Assembly: GCA_030141605.1 (NCBI GenBank)
Contig: JAQGDQ010000893.1
Coordinates: 19,247 to 83,246, forward strand
Source: Tubiluchus corallicola
Lineage: Eukaryota; Animalia; Priapulida
Reading direction: 5' to 3'
Length of the DNA: 64,000 bases
The notes below the pieces were generated by a model. It ran no database searches and had not been told where the DNA came from. It saw only the letters and a list, made by a program, of their open reading frames with translations. This document shows, one piece after another, positions 1 through 12,809 of this stretch. Position 1 is the first letter of the stretch, and the number at the start of each line of letters is the position of its first letter. The translations under genes were made by a program, and so were the position numbers.

Positions 1-7
1 ATTTTCT

Positions 8-250
8 AAAGAGCAGAACGCATGAGAGCACTCACCCCTGTGAAGAGCAATTAGAGGCAGAGAGCGCTTATTATTTTCTAGCTGAGAAAATATACTGCAA
101 AGAGCAGAACGCATGAGAGCACTCACCCCATGTGAAGAGCAATTAGAAGCAGAGAGCGCTTATTGTGTTCTAGCTGAGAAAATATTTTGCAGAGCCAATT
201 ATTTAAATGACAAAAGCTTAGCGAGCACTCACCCCCAGGGAAGAGCTTAG
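8..250. repeat. ~91-bp direct repeat, 2 copies plus a partial third
   Basis: aaagagcagaacgcatgagagcactcacccc...agctgagaaaatat occurs at 8 and 99; gagcactcacccc recurs near 223. Confidence 0.8.
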
Positions 251-594
251 AATTTTTCACCTTTGTGATGACCGCCTTTTATTTCGAAAATAAGCTCCAG
301 ACGCCATGACTAATCCATCGTTTTCGTTCTCTTAGCACCTGGGAAGCGAAAGATATGCAACCTGGGAACAGACAAAAACTGTTTTACCAGGACCCTTCCC
401 TGTATTATATAAACGTCAAGTTCAAAAGGCCCATTTCTGTTTTACCTTTAACTGATGATTATTTTTTCATAGTAAAAAGTGGTGAAAAAGTTTCACCAAC
501 ATGTTCGTTCTGCAATTTTAAATTATATGAGCTGGGAATCTGTAAAATGCATATTCTGTTTTAATGTGTCTTGCCGCTATAAATATTGAAATAG

Positions 595-1630
<1,036 letters not shown>

Positions 1631-3017
1631 AATAATGCTTCAATTATTGATGAACGCATGAGAAAAATGACGAAAATTAAGCAGTTCACACGATTGCAAG
1701 CAGTGCAATTACATACTTTCATTGTTTTTAGCTCGCCGCCAGATGGCAGGCAAAAAATTGCACAGTCACCATAGCAACGTCAACTTTAGCAATGCCTATT
1801 CCGATGTCAGCAGCTGCAGCAGGACAATGAACATAGTAGCTGCGTGTCACAAGCACCATGGCAACCTTTTGTTCCAGCTAACCCGTGACCTGCTGCTTGG
1901 CGAAGTCTTACACAATTTTTTTACAAATATCATCAGCGCACAAAAAGTTCATGTCCTGCATTTGCATAAATAACATATTCCGGTTGGAATAATTTCATTA
2001 GGTATTTGAAGATGTTGGCGTTTTTTGTTTAAGTGGTATATAATTTAACTAGGTGAGAAAAAACGCCAGTAACCCATGAAAAACGCTTCATTTACTGAAC
2101 AAAACAGCATAAAACAATTAATAAATTTATCGAAAACTCAAAAATGTGATCATTGCAAAGCTCATGTGCCCGTCTTAATAGATCTGTTGACTGTTTTTAC
2201 CTGCCATCACTAATTAGAACAAAATTAACGTATATGTGACAGTGCATAACAAAATTGACCGTAGTGCCCTAGGTATTCTTATTCTCCTGTTCATCCTGAT
2301 CACTTTGGTACCAGTTTCAGCTCGTTAAAGTTGCTTCTGAGTGAAGATATTGGCATTTAAAGTTGAGCGGATGGTGAAAAAATCAAAACTAAATTTGGGA
2401 GAAAATGGATTTCAAAGTTTAAGTTATAATTTTGTAAATTTACATAACATTTGAGGAAGGTGGTTACTATGGGGCTTCTGAGAGTACTATTAAGTATAAT
2501 TCTCTTTCTGGCAGTACGTTTGCAAGTATAGCCATTGTATTTCTTTTTGATGAATTTTGAGTACCTTTGTTACTTACCTGTGCTACCTGTGTTAAATTTA
2601 TTAAACTTAAGTTATAGTAATTAATTTTACAATACGAGAGTTTAAAATTTGTTTACGTTACCAATAAATTGTTTGTTTTCTTGTCTTTTTAAAAATTTTC
2701 TATAGCTTATGAACAAATATACAAGCAGAGAATCTTTGGAGTATTTGTGTTTGCCAGGTAAAGAAAATTAATTACAGGTGAGATAATTAAAAGCGTTGGG
2801 CTATACTACTAATAAAACTGAAAAAAAAACTTGTGAAAATAACTATGCCCGTTTTATAAATAATCTGCTATTTAAGTACATTGTTGTAAACATGCTCCAG
2901 GTTATCATTTCGAGCTATACTAACAAATTACAAGTGATACAAATTCAACATTTTCAACGTTAACGTCACAATTACATAGTTATTTTAGATTTTTGTACAC
3001 AGTTTAGATAGTTTGTA

Positions 3018-3525
3018 CACAGACTTCCCCAGCATCCATACACTCCTCCTCAAAACACAAGTTCCGCGGGCAGGACATGTGATTCGCATGCCAGACAACC
3101 GCACACCAAAGAAGATGCTTTATGGAGAACTTGTGTCTGGAAAGAGAAAGGTTGGACGACCAAAGAAACGCTTCAAAGACAGCCTGAAGGCCTCATTCAA
3201 GGAGCTCAGCATGGATATCCGCTCAATGGAAACCCTTGCACAAGATTGCTCAGCATGGCGGAGTGCCATCACCACAGGGGCTAAGACAGCAGAGGCGAAA
3301 AGAATTGAGGAGGCAGAGGAGAAGCGCAGGAGATGCAAGGCATGTGAGACTGTCCAACAAGAGGTCCAAACACCCAGCCTCACCTGTGCCAAATGTCAAA
3401 GAAGTTTCCAGGCCAGAATTGGCCTAATCAGTCACCTTCGAGCTCATCAAAGGAATGACAACCCCCAAACTGACCCTTTATCTCTGTCACTATGGTCATC
3501 TTCGATTCGAAGGACGAACATCATC
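3018..3525 (+). mobile_element. 5'-truncated RTE-clade LINE 3' end (post-RT region plus C2H2 zinc finger)
   Basis: Translation contains AGHVIRMPDNRTPKKMLYGELVSGKRKVGRPKKRFKDSLK and CAKCQRSFQARIGLISHLRAH, typical of the RTE ORF C-terminus. It is flanked by an imperfect ~20-bp direct repeat (acacagtttagatagtttgta ~2997 / acacagtttatatggttgta ~3526) that looks like a TSD. Confidence 0.85.
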
Positions 3526-5018
3526 ACACAGTTTATATGGTTGTAAGCTTATGAGAAATTCAATAGGCTTAAACACTTTTGATATTATAAAATTTGTTTT
3601 GAACAGGTAAATTATTAACATTGGTAATTACAGGTATCATTTTTACTTGCTGAGATACTTGTTATGACTATGTTATGATTAGCTTTATAATTAGGAGTGA
3701 CAAGTAAAATGTTAGCGTTCCCATGATGGTACTTGTACTGTATAAACGCAGTTTTCAAAATTCAGTGTCATTTCAGATACCCATCACAAATAATTGCAGG
3801 TATAACATCATGTTGGTAGAAAATGTACTATCACTTTCTCACACATATACAGACATCAGGTTTTTGTACGTAGCTATAGTACCTATACATAGCTGCACAT
3901 GTTTGTCATGTAGTCCCGCCCGCAATTTCTGTATGTTAGTGTCATTTCAGCTAAATCAGTTTCCAAAAATGCTAATTACAGGTTTGATAATTATTATTAC
4001 AAGTCGGGACAGCCCAGTGTTTTTGATAAGTGACAAAATTAAGTAGTTAACTCATAGAAAAAGCTATCACAAAAAATATACACAACAAAATAATAAAAAC
4101 TGAAGACAAGGTTTTGTACAACAATTTTTATTTTTGCTACAAGACTTTTAATTTATCATTATTACTCATAAAAGTATTTTAAAAGTCCTATCTAACTGTC
4201 TTGAGGAGTCTTATCTTCATGAGTCTTATAACCCCTGAGCTTTATTCTAGCACTTCTGAGAAGTCTTTGCTCCCAAAGACCAATCAAAAATTTTGCTAGT
4301 ACAGTAATTGTGTTGATTGGGCCTAAAGCAGCTAAAGACTTGAATCGTACATATTATAGAAAATTATAGGAAAATATTCAACTACACGTGTTTACCTACA
4401 ATAATGTCATGTTAATGAAAAAAATGCTGAAAACTCGTAACTGCCTACATGAAATGCAAATCGCTGTTACTACAAAAATCTAAACTAATAACAATCATAA
4501 TAACAACGATCGGCAGGTTTGGTAAGGTCATTTTTTCCTGTAGTGCAAGCTCTCTAAATACTAAGGGTTAAGTTTTTTATTAATTTTTCTAATAAAAACT
4601 AATATTTTTGGTAAAATAACAGTACAGCATGAAAGCAAAATAGTCTTAGATTAGAAAAAAAACCAAAATCCGAAAATTGATAAAAATTGACTATTCTGAC
4701 TTCTTTGACCTCTAGCTCAATAATTAAATTAGCGCACTATGGACGGTTTTGTTATGCACGGTCACATATTTTGTTTAAGTGAAATTTTTCAATGGCCAGC
4801 AAGTTAATCAGGCACAACAATGAAACTAGTAATTGTCCTATTTGCAGTCGAATGAGTGCTAGAATATTGAATTCGTCGCTAGGGTAAAGTAAACGTCACC
4901 CAATGTTGTCTATCAATTGAAACGCAGCTATAAGTTAATATTTAGAAAAACGAATAAACCTATTGCCAGATTAATCAGAGATTATCGAGCATTAAGCTTA
5001 TGATTTTTAAAAGTCATC

Positions 5019-5909
5019 AGGTGTGCAACAATGCACTGCCCACAACGAATGATGTCAAGGAAAGTTTACATTGTGATTACTACAATGAAGGTGTACAACA
5101 ATGCGCTGCCCACGTTGTGATTACTACAATGAAGGTGTGCAACAATGCGCTGCCCACGTTGTGATTACTACAATGAAGGTGTGCAACAATGCGCTGCCCA
5201 CGTTGTGATTACTACAATGAAGGTGTGCAACAATGCGCTGCCCACGACGAACGATGTCGAGGAAAATTTACATTGTGATTACTACAATGGAGGTGTACAA
5301 CAATGCACTGCCCACGACGAACAATGTCGAGGAAAATTTACATTGTGATTACTACAATGGAGGTGTACAACAATGCGCTGCCCACGACGAACAATGTCGA
5401 GGAAAGTTTACATTGTGATTACTACAATGAAGGTGTACAACAATGCGCTGCCCACGACGAACGATGTCGAGGAAAATTTACATTGTGATTACTACAATGG
5501 AGGTGTACAACAATGCGCTGCCCACGACGAACAATGTCGAGGAAAATTTACATTGTGATTACTACAATGGAGGTGTACAACAATGCGCTGCCCACGACGA
5601 ACGATGTCGAGGAAAGTTTACATTGTGATTACTACAATGAAGGTGTACAACAATGCGCTGCCCACGACGAACAATGTCGAGGAAAATTTACATTGTGATT
5701 ACTACAATGGAGGTGTACAACAATGCGCTACCCACGACGAACGATGTCGAGGAAAATTTACATTGTGATTAATACAATGAAGGTGTACAACAATGCGCTG
5801 CCCACGACGAATGATGTCGAGGAAAATTTACATTGTGATTACCACAATGAAGGTGTACAACAATGCGCTGCCCACGATGAACAATATCGAGGAAAGTTTA
5901 CATTGTGAT
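5019..5909. repeat. 70-bp minisatellite (~11 units plus three 44-bp deleted units)
   Basis: Unit ggtgtacaacaatgcgctgcccacgacgaacgatgtcgaggaaaatttacattgtgattactacaatgaa; ORF starts step by 70 nt. Confidence 0.95.
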
Positions 5910-6130
5910 CGGAAAGAACTTCTGCTCCTCAAAGTCAATTGACACAGTCGCTGTGAAGGAGGGATACAGCATACGATACGCTCGGTCGAAGGAAAGAAAG
6001 CATACCAAGAAGGTTAAGTTCAGAAAAGACGGAAGACTACAGGAGCCGACTGCAGAGCTTTGAAACTTACGTCCACAAATTCAAATTTCCGTACAACGTT
6101 CGTAGAATCTGTCGACAAAATTTTCCTTAA
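5840..6130 (+). mobile_element. Possible degenerate Mutator/MULE transposase C-terminal remnant
   Basis: The repeat unit reads VYNNALPTTNNVEESLH. After a frameshift it continues VIGKNFCSSKS...KKVKFRKDGRLQ, resembling the MULE LPRTNNxxEGWH catalytic-Glu region and basic tail. Confidence 0.35.
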
Positions 6131-6459
6131 TTTTTAAGCACACTCAGTGATTTCTCGTGGACACAAATGATTCCTGCTCGACAAATAATTTCCTTTGATG
6201 TTAACAAAAATCCGAATCCAAATAAAAATACAGGGTCACCCAGAAAAAGTTTTACCCCAAATTAACTAGTAAGTTTTACTTTAAGTAGTAACTAGTCACA
6301 GTCTAGCCTATTTTTTCTTCTTTTCAAAAGGACTACAAATTTCTCTCCAAGCACCCCATCAAGTACCTTAGTTATTTTACTTAATAATTTCATAATTTAG
6401 AACAATTTCAGTTACATAAACTACCTACAGTTCTTGTACACTACTGTACTACCTGATAC

Positions 6460-6730
6460 AAATTCATGAAAGAATTTGCTTAAAGCACAAGAACTCCCTC
6501 AACTTACATATAGCGTAAAACATTCGTCTTATAATTCGTCGTGAAATTTTATATAACTTACATACTGCCCTTTTGCATACAGAGATTGAGTCAGCAGTAA
6601 TGCTGCAGAATGGTAGTGGTAGAATTGTTTTATGAACATAGACTAAATCTAAATTTCCAATTCTTCTTCTTCCTGTTTTTTGCAAACTCTTTCTAAATGT
6701 TGTAAATTTTTTCTTGATTTTTTATTACAA
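6460..6730 (-). mobile_element. Possible DNA-transposase N-terminal remnant (Sola-like)
   Basis: ISVCKRAVCKLYKISRRIIRR resembles the VCKxxFxxxxGISxxR motif; short and degenerate. Confidence 0.25.
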
Positions 6731-8015
6731 AGACTGACGTTGGGAGGATCACTGCTGCCATCAATAACGATGCTGATAGCGGCAACAGCGGCATCATCAT
6801 CATCATCGTCAGCACCTCCCTACCCTCAGCCATCCACATCGGATTGGAGAACTTTGGCAGTGTGAATCCTCTCCATGAGAAGAATAGTCGCCAACGCCAG
6901 GCGTGTTAATTATTTTTATAAAGGGGTTTAAAAAAATAAAGCCGTTTCCAGCAAAGATTTTTATCTTACACAACGTGAACAAGCGTTCTCTTATTGTCTA
7001 GTTATGTGAATAAGCTTCAATTTCTTAGGCAACGTTTTCTGAACGAGCTTCTTTTGCTTAGCAATTTGAAATATTTGCTAATAATGTTCTGATTATTCTT
7101 AAAACTTTGCGCAATGTTATATAAACTTGTTTTAAACGAACTACTTTTAAAATGGCTGATGAGGATTATCGCAGGAGTTTATATTTTGAAGTTTTTGAAG
7201 TTGAAGATTTTGAAGTAACGCTGCTGCTACTACAATGTCTGTGTGTAATAAAAGAGTAGGTCGGTGATACAAAACTTCAAGTCGAATATTTTTAACTTAA
7301 TGTAACTAAAGAGTTTTCTTGTGCTTTAACCAAAATCTGTTTTTGATTCTCTTGCTCACACTTTTAGGTATCTCCGTGTCAAATAGAGTCAAATAGAGAG
7401 TTTATCGTGTGAGGTGTACCATCACAATGTCTTCACGAATCTGCACTGATTATCTATTTGGTACCAATCTTCAACAGTTTCGAGCTTTTCACTTTAATCT
7501 GCGTGAATAGAAGATTTATAGTCCTTTGCCAGCAAACTAAATGCCTCTAGTTAGAATCATAGTGATCATAAATTCATGGGCTTAAACAGAGGCAAAATAA
7601 GACATATGTAAAAAAATGAAAGACAATCTGCTCCTAAAGAAAAATGTTCACATTAAAAACGGTTGTTGTAAAAAGTGTCAATACCTACATTAATGCTAGT
7701 GAAACTTTCTTGATATACGCCACAAAGCGTTTGAATACTGAAACTTTTAACATCTTCTTCATCTCTTGGTGCTCTTCTAATAGTTGTTCATGACCTTAGT
7801 GATTCTCTGTTGTAACTAAGCTAACAGTTCTGAGCGATGAGCGTGAAAGTAAGAGAGACTTCACCTTAAAGTGTCGTTCCACAATTTTAGATGCACAGTT
7901 GATTTAATGTAACTTTCAATGTTGATAGTAATTTACTGGACTGTGACTGTCTCAGCTAAATTCAATGGCCTTACCGTACATAATAAAGCCTATGTTTCTT
8001 GTCTAGATGATAACC

Positions 8016-8954
8016 TTACTGATAATAGTCTATTGTTATTTGCCAAAGTTCTTCAAGCAGCCATTTCTGTCCGAAACAGTGCACAATCATTGTATCATCT
8101 ACACTAATGTTACGAACTTTAAAAATTTCAGTAACAATCAAATTGTTAGCCGGAACGAATGTTGGGTAACTTTCCGGTCGTATTCGAGATGAAAGAATTC
8201 CTGTAACATAAACGTCCTCAGCTGGGACAGGTATCCTATGCCGGGAAGCATTGTATAAGAATGACACCAAATCCATACTGATGATATACCCGGCTCCAAT
8301 GGCGTAGGTTGGAAAGAATCTCTTTGGCCATTCTCTTTTTGAAACATAACCGCGCTTGAATATACTTCTTACAGGAACTGCCCTATTCAAGACATACCCG
8401 GATATTGTGTTGCGTTGCAGTGTCAAAGTATGTTTTATCAATACATGAGGATTTACATAGACGTCAGTGTCACACTTCATCAAGAACTTGGCTTCTTTAC
8501 AATGCGCAGACACAACGCGTAGCATTAAAACACTTTTCAGCACCAAGTTACGATAATTTTCCTCGACGTTAGTCACAAGCAAATCACCATACTTTAACAT
8601 TTCAACTTCTACACTCAGTTTCGATCGTTTTGCACCTTTAACTTGACCAACAATGAACAACAATTCCACATCCTTCCTTTTCTTCAGACAACCACCCCAT
8701 GTTGTCCTGACCAACTCGCGTCCATCGAAATCTTCTACATGCTACTCCACCATTATTATGAGTAATGTTTCACTCACGCATTTAAAACTGAAAGGTAAAG
8801 TGTACTTAAACATTTTGTCACCAACTAAACATTCTGCTACTTTAGAAGTTTTGATGACAACGTTATTCTGAAAAATTTCGTAACATGGCAAAAACACAGC
8901 ACAAGTTACGAGAGACGATAAGACGAATTTTCTGCTTGAGTTTATCCAGCGCAT
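8016..8954 (-). pseudogene. GT31 beta-1,3-galactosyltransferase (B3GALT1/5-like), single coding exon with one in-frame stop
   Basis: ATG at 8954 (MRWINSSRKFVLSSLVTCAVFL signal anchor). TAG at 8742-8744 sits between IIMVE and HVEDFDGRELVRTTWG in the same frame. Motifs RxTWG, ENYRNLVLKS, KCDTDVYVN (DxD), GAGYIIS, EDVYVTG. Polypyrimidine/CAG acceptor at ~9071-9083 upstream. Confidence 0.9.
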
Positions 8955-9121
8955 TTCAGAGTGATATCCTGATGTACTCCAAAACTGGCAACTCTTTCCA
9001 GTATTTGGTTTATCATCAACCGATACTGTCATTCGTAGAAAAATATCTGTCGTATTAAGGCTAGTCACTTCTGCAAAAAAATAATGCCATTGGTGCCCTC
9101 CAGAATCGTTGCCAGTTTACG

Positions 9122-9510
9122 TTCAAACGACCATTAGTTTCGCAATCTCATATACACCAGGAAGCATGAAGGACCTTAGATTAACCTGCTATGCTATTTG
9201 TGTGACAGGTTAAAAGCCCAAACTCGAGCAAAGTCTACCATATTCAAACGACCACTAGTTTCGCAATCTCCTGTACACCAGGAAGCATGAAGGACCTGAT
9301 TTTAGCGAGCTATGCTATTTGTGTGACAGGTTAAAAGCCCAAACTCGAGCAAAGTCTACCATATTCAAACGACCACTAGTTTCGGAATCTCCTGTACACC
9401 AGGAAGCATGAAGGACCTGAAATTAGCGAGCTATGCTATTTGTGTGACAGGTTAAAAGCCCAACCTCGAGGAATGTTTTAGATATTCAAAACAATACTAG
9501 TTTCGCAATA
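9122..9510. repeat. ~121-bp tandem repeat, ~3.2 copies
   Basis: ttcaaacgaccactagtttcgcaatctc...caccaggaagcatgaaggacct at ~9122, 9243 and 9364, partial at 9485. Confidence 0.9.
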
Positions 9511-10019
9511 TTTCTGAATTTCATCCCTGATATTTTGCGTAACTTACAATAATGCATCACCTTAGGTAATGCATGCCAACATTCGTTATTTCATTTCTAT
9601 ATAATGCGTAGCAATATAGGTTTACAGCCTTAGAAATTACGACCAAGATGAGCCTCATTTACTAGTCGGTTAAAAACTGTTTTTCGACAATGCTTGCATT
9701 TAATGCGATAAATCTGAAAGAGACAAAGGCTTATAAGCAGGAATAAAATAAAACCTGCATGATTGTCATGCAAATAAAGGACCAGCTTCACATTGATCTG
9801 AAATGCAGCGCAAGTTTAGCAATAATTTTTTACACATGCTCTTAAAACTGTGTACTTCCATATTTTAAATTATTGTAATATTAAAGCAATAGCATCGTTT
9901 TAGAAAGACTTGCAATTTGTAGTCCTTTTATAACATCAATTTCCTTTGCCGCATTTAAACATATTATTATCAAAATGAGAGTTTTTAAATTCTTTATAAC
10001 AAGAATAATATCTGTTTCA

Positions 10020-10226
10020 TAAACAATCCACTATTATAGTAATTTGTATTATTTTTTATTATAAAAACTCCAGTGTTTCTACTGCACACTGGAAGACGTC
10101 GACAGGAAATGTATAATATATTCTAGTGTATTTCCTGACGATAACTGCTAGTCGTCTTGTGGTAGAAACGTTGGATTTTTTGTAATAAAAAATTAATAAA
10201 ATTTGTTGTTATAGTGCGTTGTTTAT
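10020..10226. repeat. Imperfect inverted repeat with a Penelope-type terminus / minimal hammerhead-like motif
   Basis: Arms 10020-10110 and 10130-10226 are approximate reverse complements. The right arm has cCTGACGA...GAAAcgttgga followed by aataaa. Confidence 0.5.
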
Positions 10227-10639
10227 TTTTTATTACGAAAACACCAAACAACAATACAAATAGCAAAATACATTATGATAACATGTTATACGTCGTTACA
10301 TTAATTTCATAATAATATTGACATGGCATGATATCTATATAAATTGTAGCTTGCATTATAGTCAGAAGCATTACTTGTGTGTCTGTAATGCAATTAATGG
10401 TGCTGGTGTTGAGGTGCAAACAAGGTAGTTAAAGAATGATGGAAATATTTGGAGAGTGCAGGAGATGGGAATTGGTAGAATTAGGTTAGTGAAATGATGT
10501 GAATGAGAATGAATATGAGATTGCTATTAGGACATCACAAAAATATATCAACATTTATGAACAGAAGTACACTATGTGCCAGTCTGTCACTCACCGGGAA
10601 TCTGAACATGCGTCATACACTATACAAGCTTAATATTTA

Positions 10640-11130
10640 ATATGAATTTAGGAATGAAGTTTCCAAACTTTTTTAGAATCTTGGTAACGACAAAATTGAC
10701 TTAATATTTGCAGGTACTTTGTTCCACATGCTAGGACCTTTAAATGAGATAAAATGTTTCGTAACATTAGTCCTACACCGGACAACTTGGTACTCGTTAA
10801 ATCTATTATTGTAATGTTTTTGATTAAGACTAACAGATTAACGAAAAAAGATGGAAGAGATTTATAGTGAGTTCTATGCATGAATATTATATATTAATTA
10901 AGTCACCAATGGTCATTTGTTTGAAATCTTTGAGGTGCCAATTCAAAATAGGCATGAATTTTGGTAAGCCATGAAGAATGCTAATAAACTTACATTGAAG
11001 AGCACGGAGAGAATCTAGGTTCGATGAATAGGTCGGACCCCATAAAATACAGGCATAGTTTAAATATTGTATGACTAAAGTATGATATAAAGTTCTTAAA
11101 TGTGTTTGAGACTATTTTTGCTATAAGAAA
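10640..11130 (-). mobile_element. LINE (CR1/L2-group) ORF2 C-terminal fragment, degenerate
   Basis: The minus strand reads LRTLYHTLVIQYLNYACILWGPTYSSNLDSLRALQCKFISI, matching the LYxxLxxPxLxYxxxxWG post-RT motif. Confidence 0.7.
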
Positions 11131-11771
11131 TCATTCTGAGAAATAATATAAGAAATTTCGTTTATAATTAATAGTTGTTCAGTTGATTGCAAATTGTATT
11201 GATTATTATCAATTTCATACTGATAGCTATCACAATGACGCAGAAAAGTCAAAAATGTTCATAGTTAAGGCTATTAATAAATATATTTGAAAAACACACA
11301 CTGACAAAGGTCCTGATACGTATCTTGTGATTAGGCTGTTAAGCTATTACTGACATTTTCTTTGTGCGTGTTTGTTTTTCTTGTAGTTATTTCGATGATT
11401 AACTGTTAATTTTGCTATAAAGTTCAAAATGATAAATTTGATATTTAATTATGCTTTGGTGTTTTTATCTTTACAATACAACAAAACACATAATGTGTTC
11501 TGAAATATTATGTTATCGGCATTTTTATAGGCTTTATACCGAGCGTAACAACAATATAATGCATCATAACAGCAGTATAAAGTTTCTCTGCAGTTGTTGC
11601 AGTGCAGGTATAGCGGTTACACGGGCAAGTTCAGTTTAAAACTTTAACTAAAGTGTTCATTGTTTTTGCGTTTGGTCCCCTTTTTAGCAAAAAACCTTTT
11701 TTATCACAAACATCACAATTCAGTTTCTTGTATTGTATTGTGCCTGCGTGAGTTTCTGCTATAAGTTTGAA

Positions 11772-12809
11772 ATGTTTTGGTTGTCAGCAACACGTCACGT
11801 GTTTAGACATTATATCTTAGTAATAATTCCCGTGATTTTTCTACTCTTTATGATTGTTCACCAAAATTTTTTTGGAACATTTGGAGAGGAAAATAATAAC
11901 GTCGTGGGGAAAAGTGAAATTTTACCTCAATGTACTTGTCCAAAGCACGCTGTTAGAGCTTTCGGCTATTGTTTTTGTCATCCTGGGTTCCTTGGAGAAG
12001 GATGCTGCAAAAGAGCACCTCTAACTGAAAAAGTGTTACGTAAGTGCCCCAATCTTAGAGAAGCTGTAACGTTCGACAAATTTATGACAAAAACCAAAAT
12101 GCCAGCAACGTGTTTCGTCCAAGAAGAAAGCGGCATAGTGCAAATTCCAATGTTTATGTGGCAAGAGGCTCAAACATGTGAACTGGACTGGTGGATGAAG
12201 AACTATGATCTATGGCAACAGATCATAGATAATGACCGCCGGGAAGGCTTTGAAAATTTTAGCAAAGTTCCTGCGCAGCTAGATAGCCTAGTGGAAGTAG
12301 CAGCAGGTCCACGAACTCAGACGCTGAATATGTTAGAGGCAGTAGAACACGACTTAAACATATCACATGTCACATTAATAGAACCGCTTGCAGAAAAATA
12401 TGCCAGCGAATTTAAACACTGTCCATATAAGCACGGAAAACTTCAGCAGTATCCAACCTCTATTGTTACCTCAACTGTTGAAGCTCTTCCTCATTCGACC
12501 AGATTTGACACTCTCATTAGTATTAATGCGCTGGAACACGTACAGAATGCTTTGGAATACCTAGACAAAATTTACAGAATCTTGAAACCAGGAGGAGTAC
12601 TGATATTTCATGACGTCAGGTACAGAGTAGCTGAACCAGCAGCTAAACATCGAAATAAATGTCATCCTATTCAAGTGTCATGGTTTGTTCTTGATAAATT
12701 TTTGGTTGAATTTGAGACACTGTTTGTAAATACACTGCCCACAAGTTTGTCTCGTAAAACAACCTCAAATTATTTAGGAATCTACTACATTGGACGTAAA
12801 AAGAAATAA
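11772..12809 (+). CDS. Type II membrane class I SAM-dependent methyltransferase with an EGF-like Cys-rich stem; intact, intronless ORF of 345 aa
   Basis: ATG at 11772; TM YILVIIPVIFLLFMIV; EGF-like CTCPKHAVRAFGYCFCHPGFLGEGC; motif I-like LVEVAAGP; FDTLISINALEHVQNALEYLDKIYRILKPGGVLIFHD (Methyltransf_11-type). Confidence 0.85.
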   Translation: MFWLSATRHVFRHYILVIIPVIFLLFMIVHQNFFGTFGEENNNVVGKSEILPQCTCPKHAVRAFGYCFCHPGFLGEGCCKRAPLTEKVLRKCPNLREAVTFDKFMTKTKMPATCFVQEESGIVQIPMFMWQEAQTCELDWWMKNYDLWQQIIDNDRREGFENFSKVPAQLDSLVEVAAGPRTQTLNMLEAVEHDLNISHVTLIEPLAEKYASEFKHCPYKHGKLQQYPTSIVTSTVEALPHSTRFDTLISINALEHVQNALEYLDKIYRILKPGGVLIFHDVRYRVAEPAAKHRNKCHPIQVSWFVLDKFLVEFETLFVNTLPTSLSRKTTSNYLGIYYIGRKKK

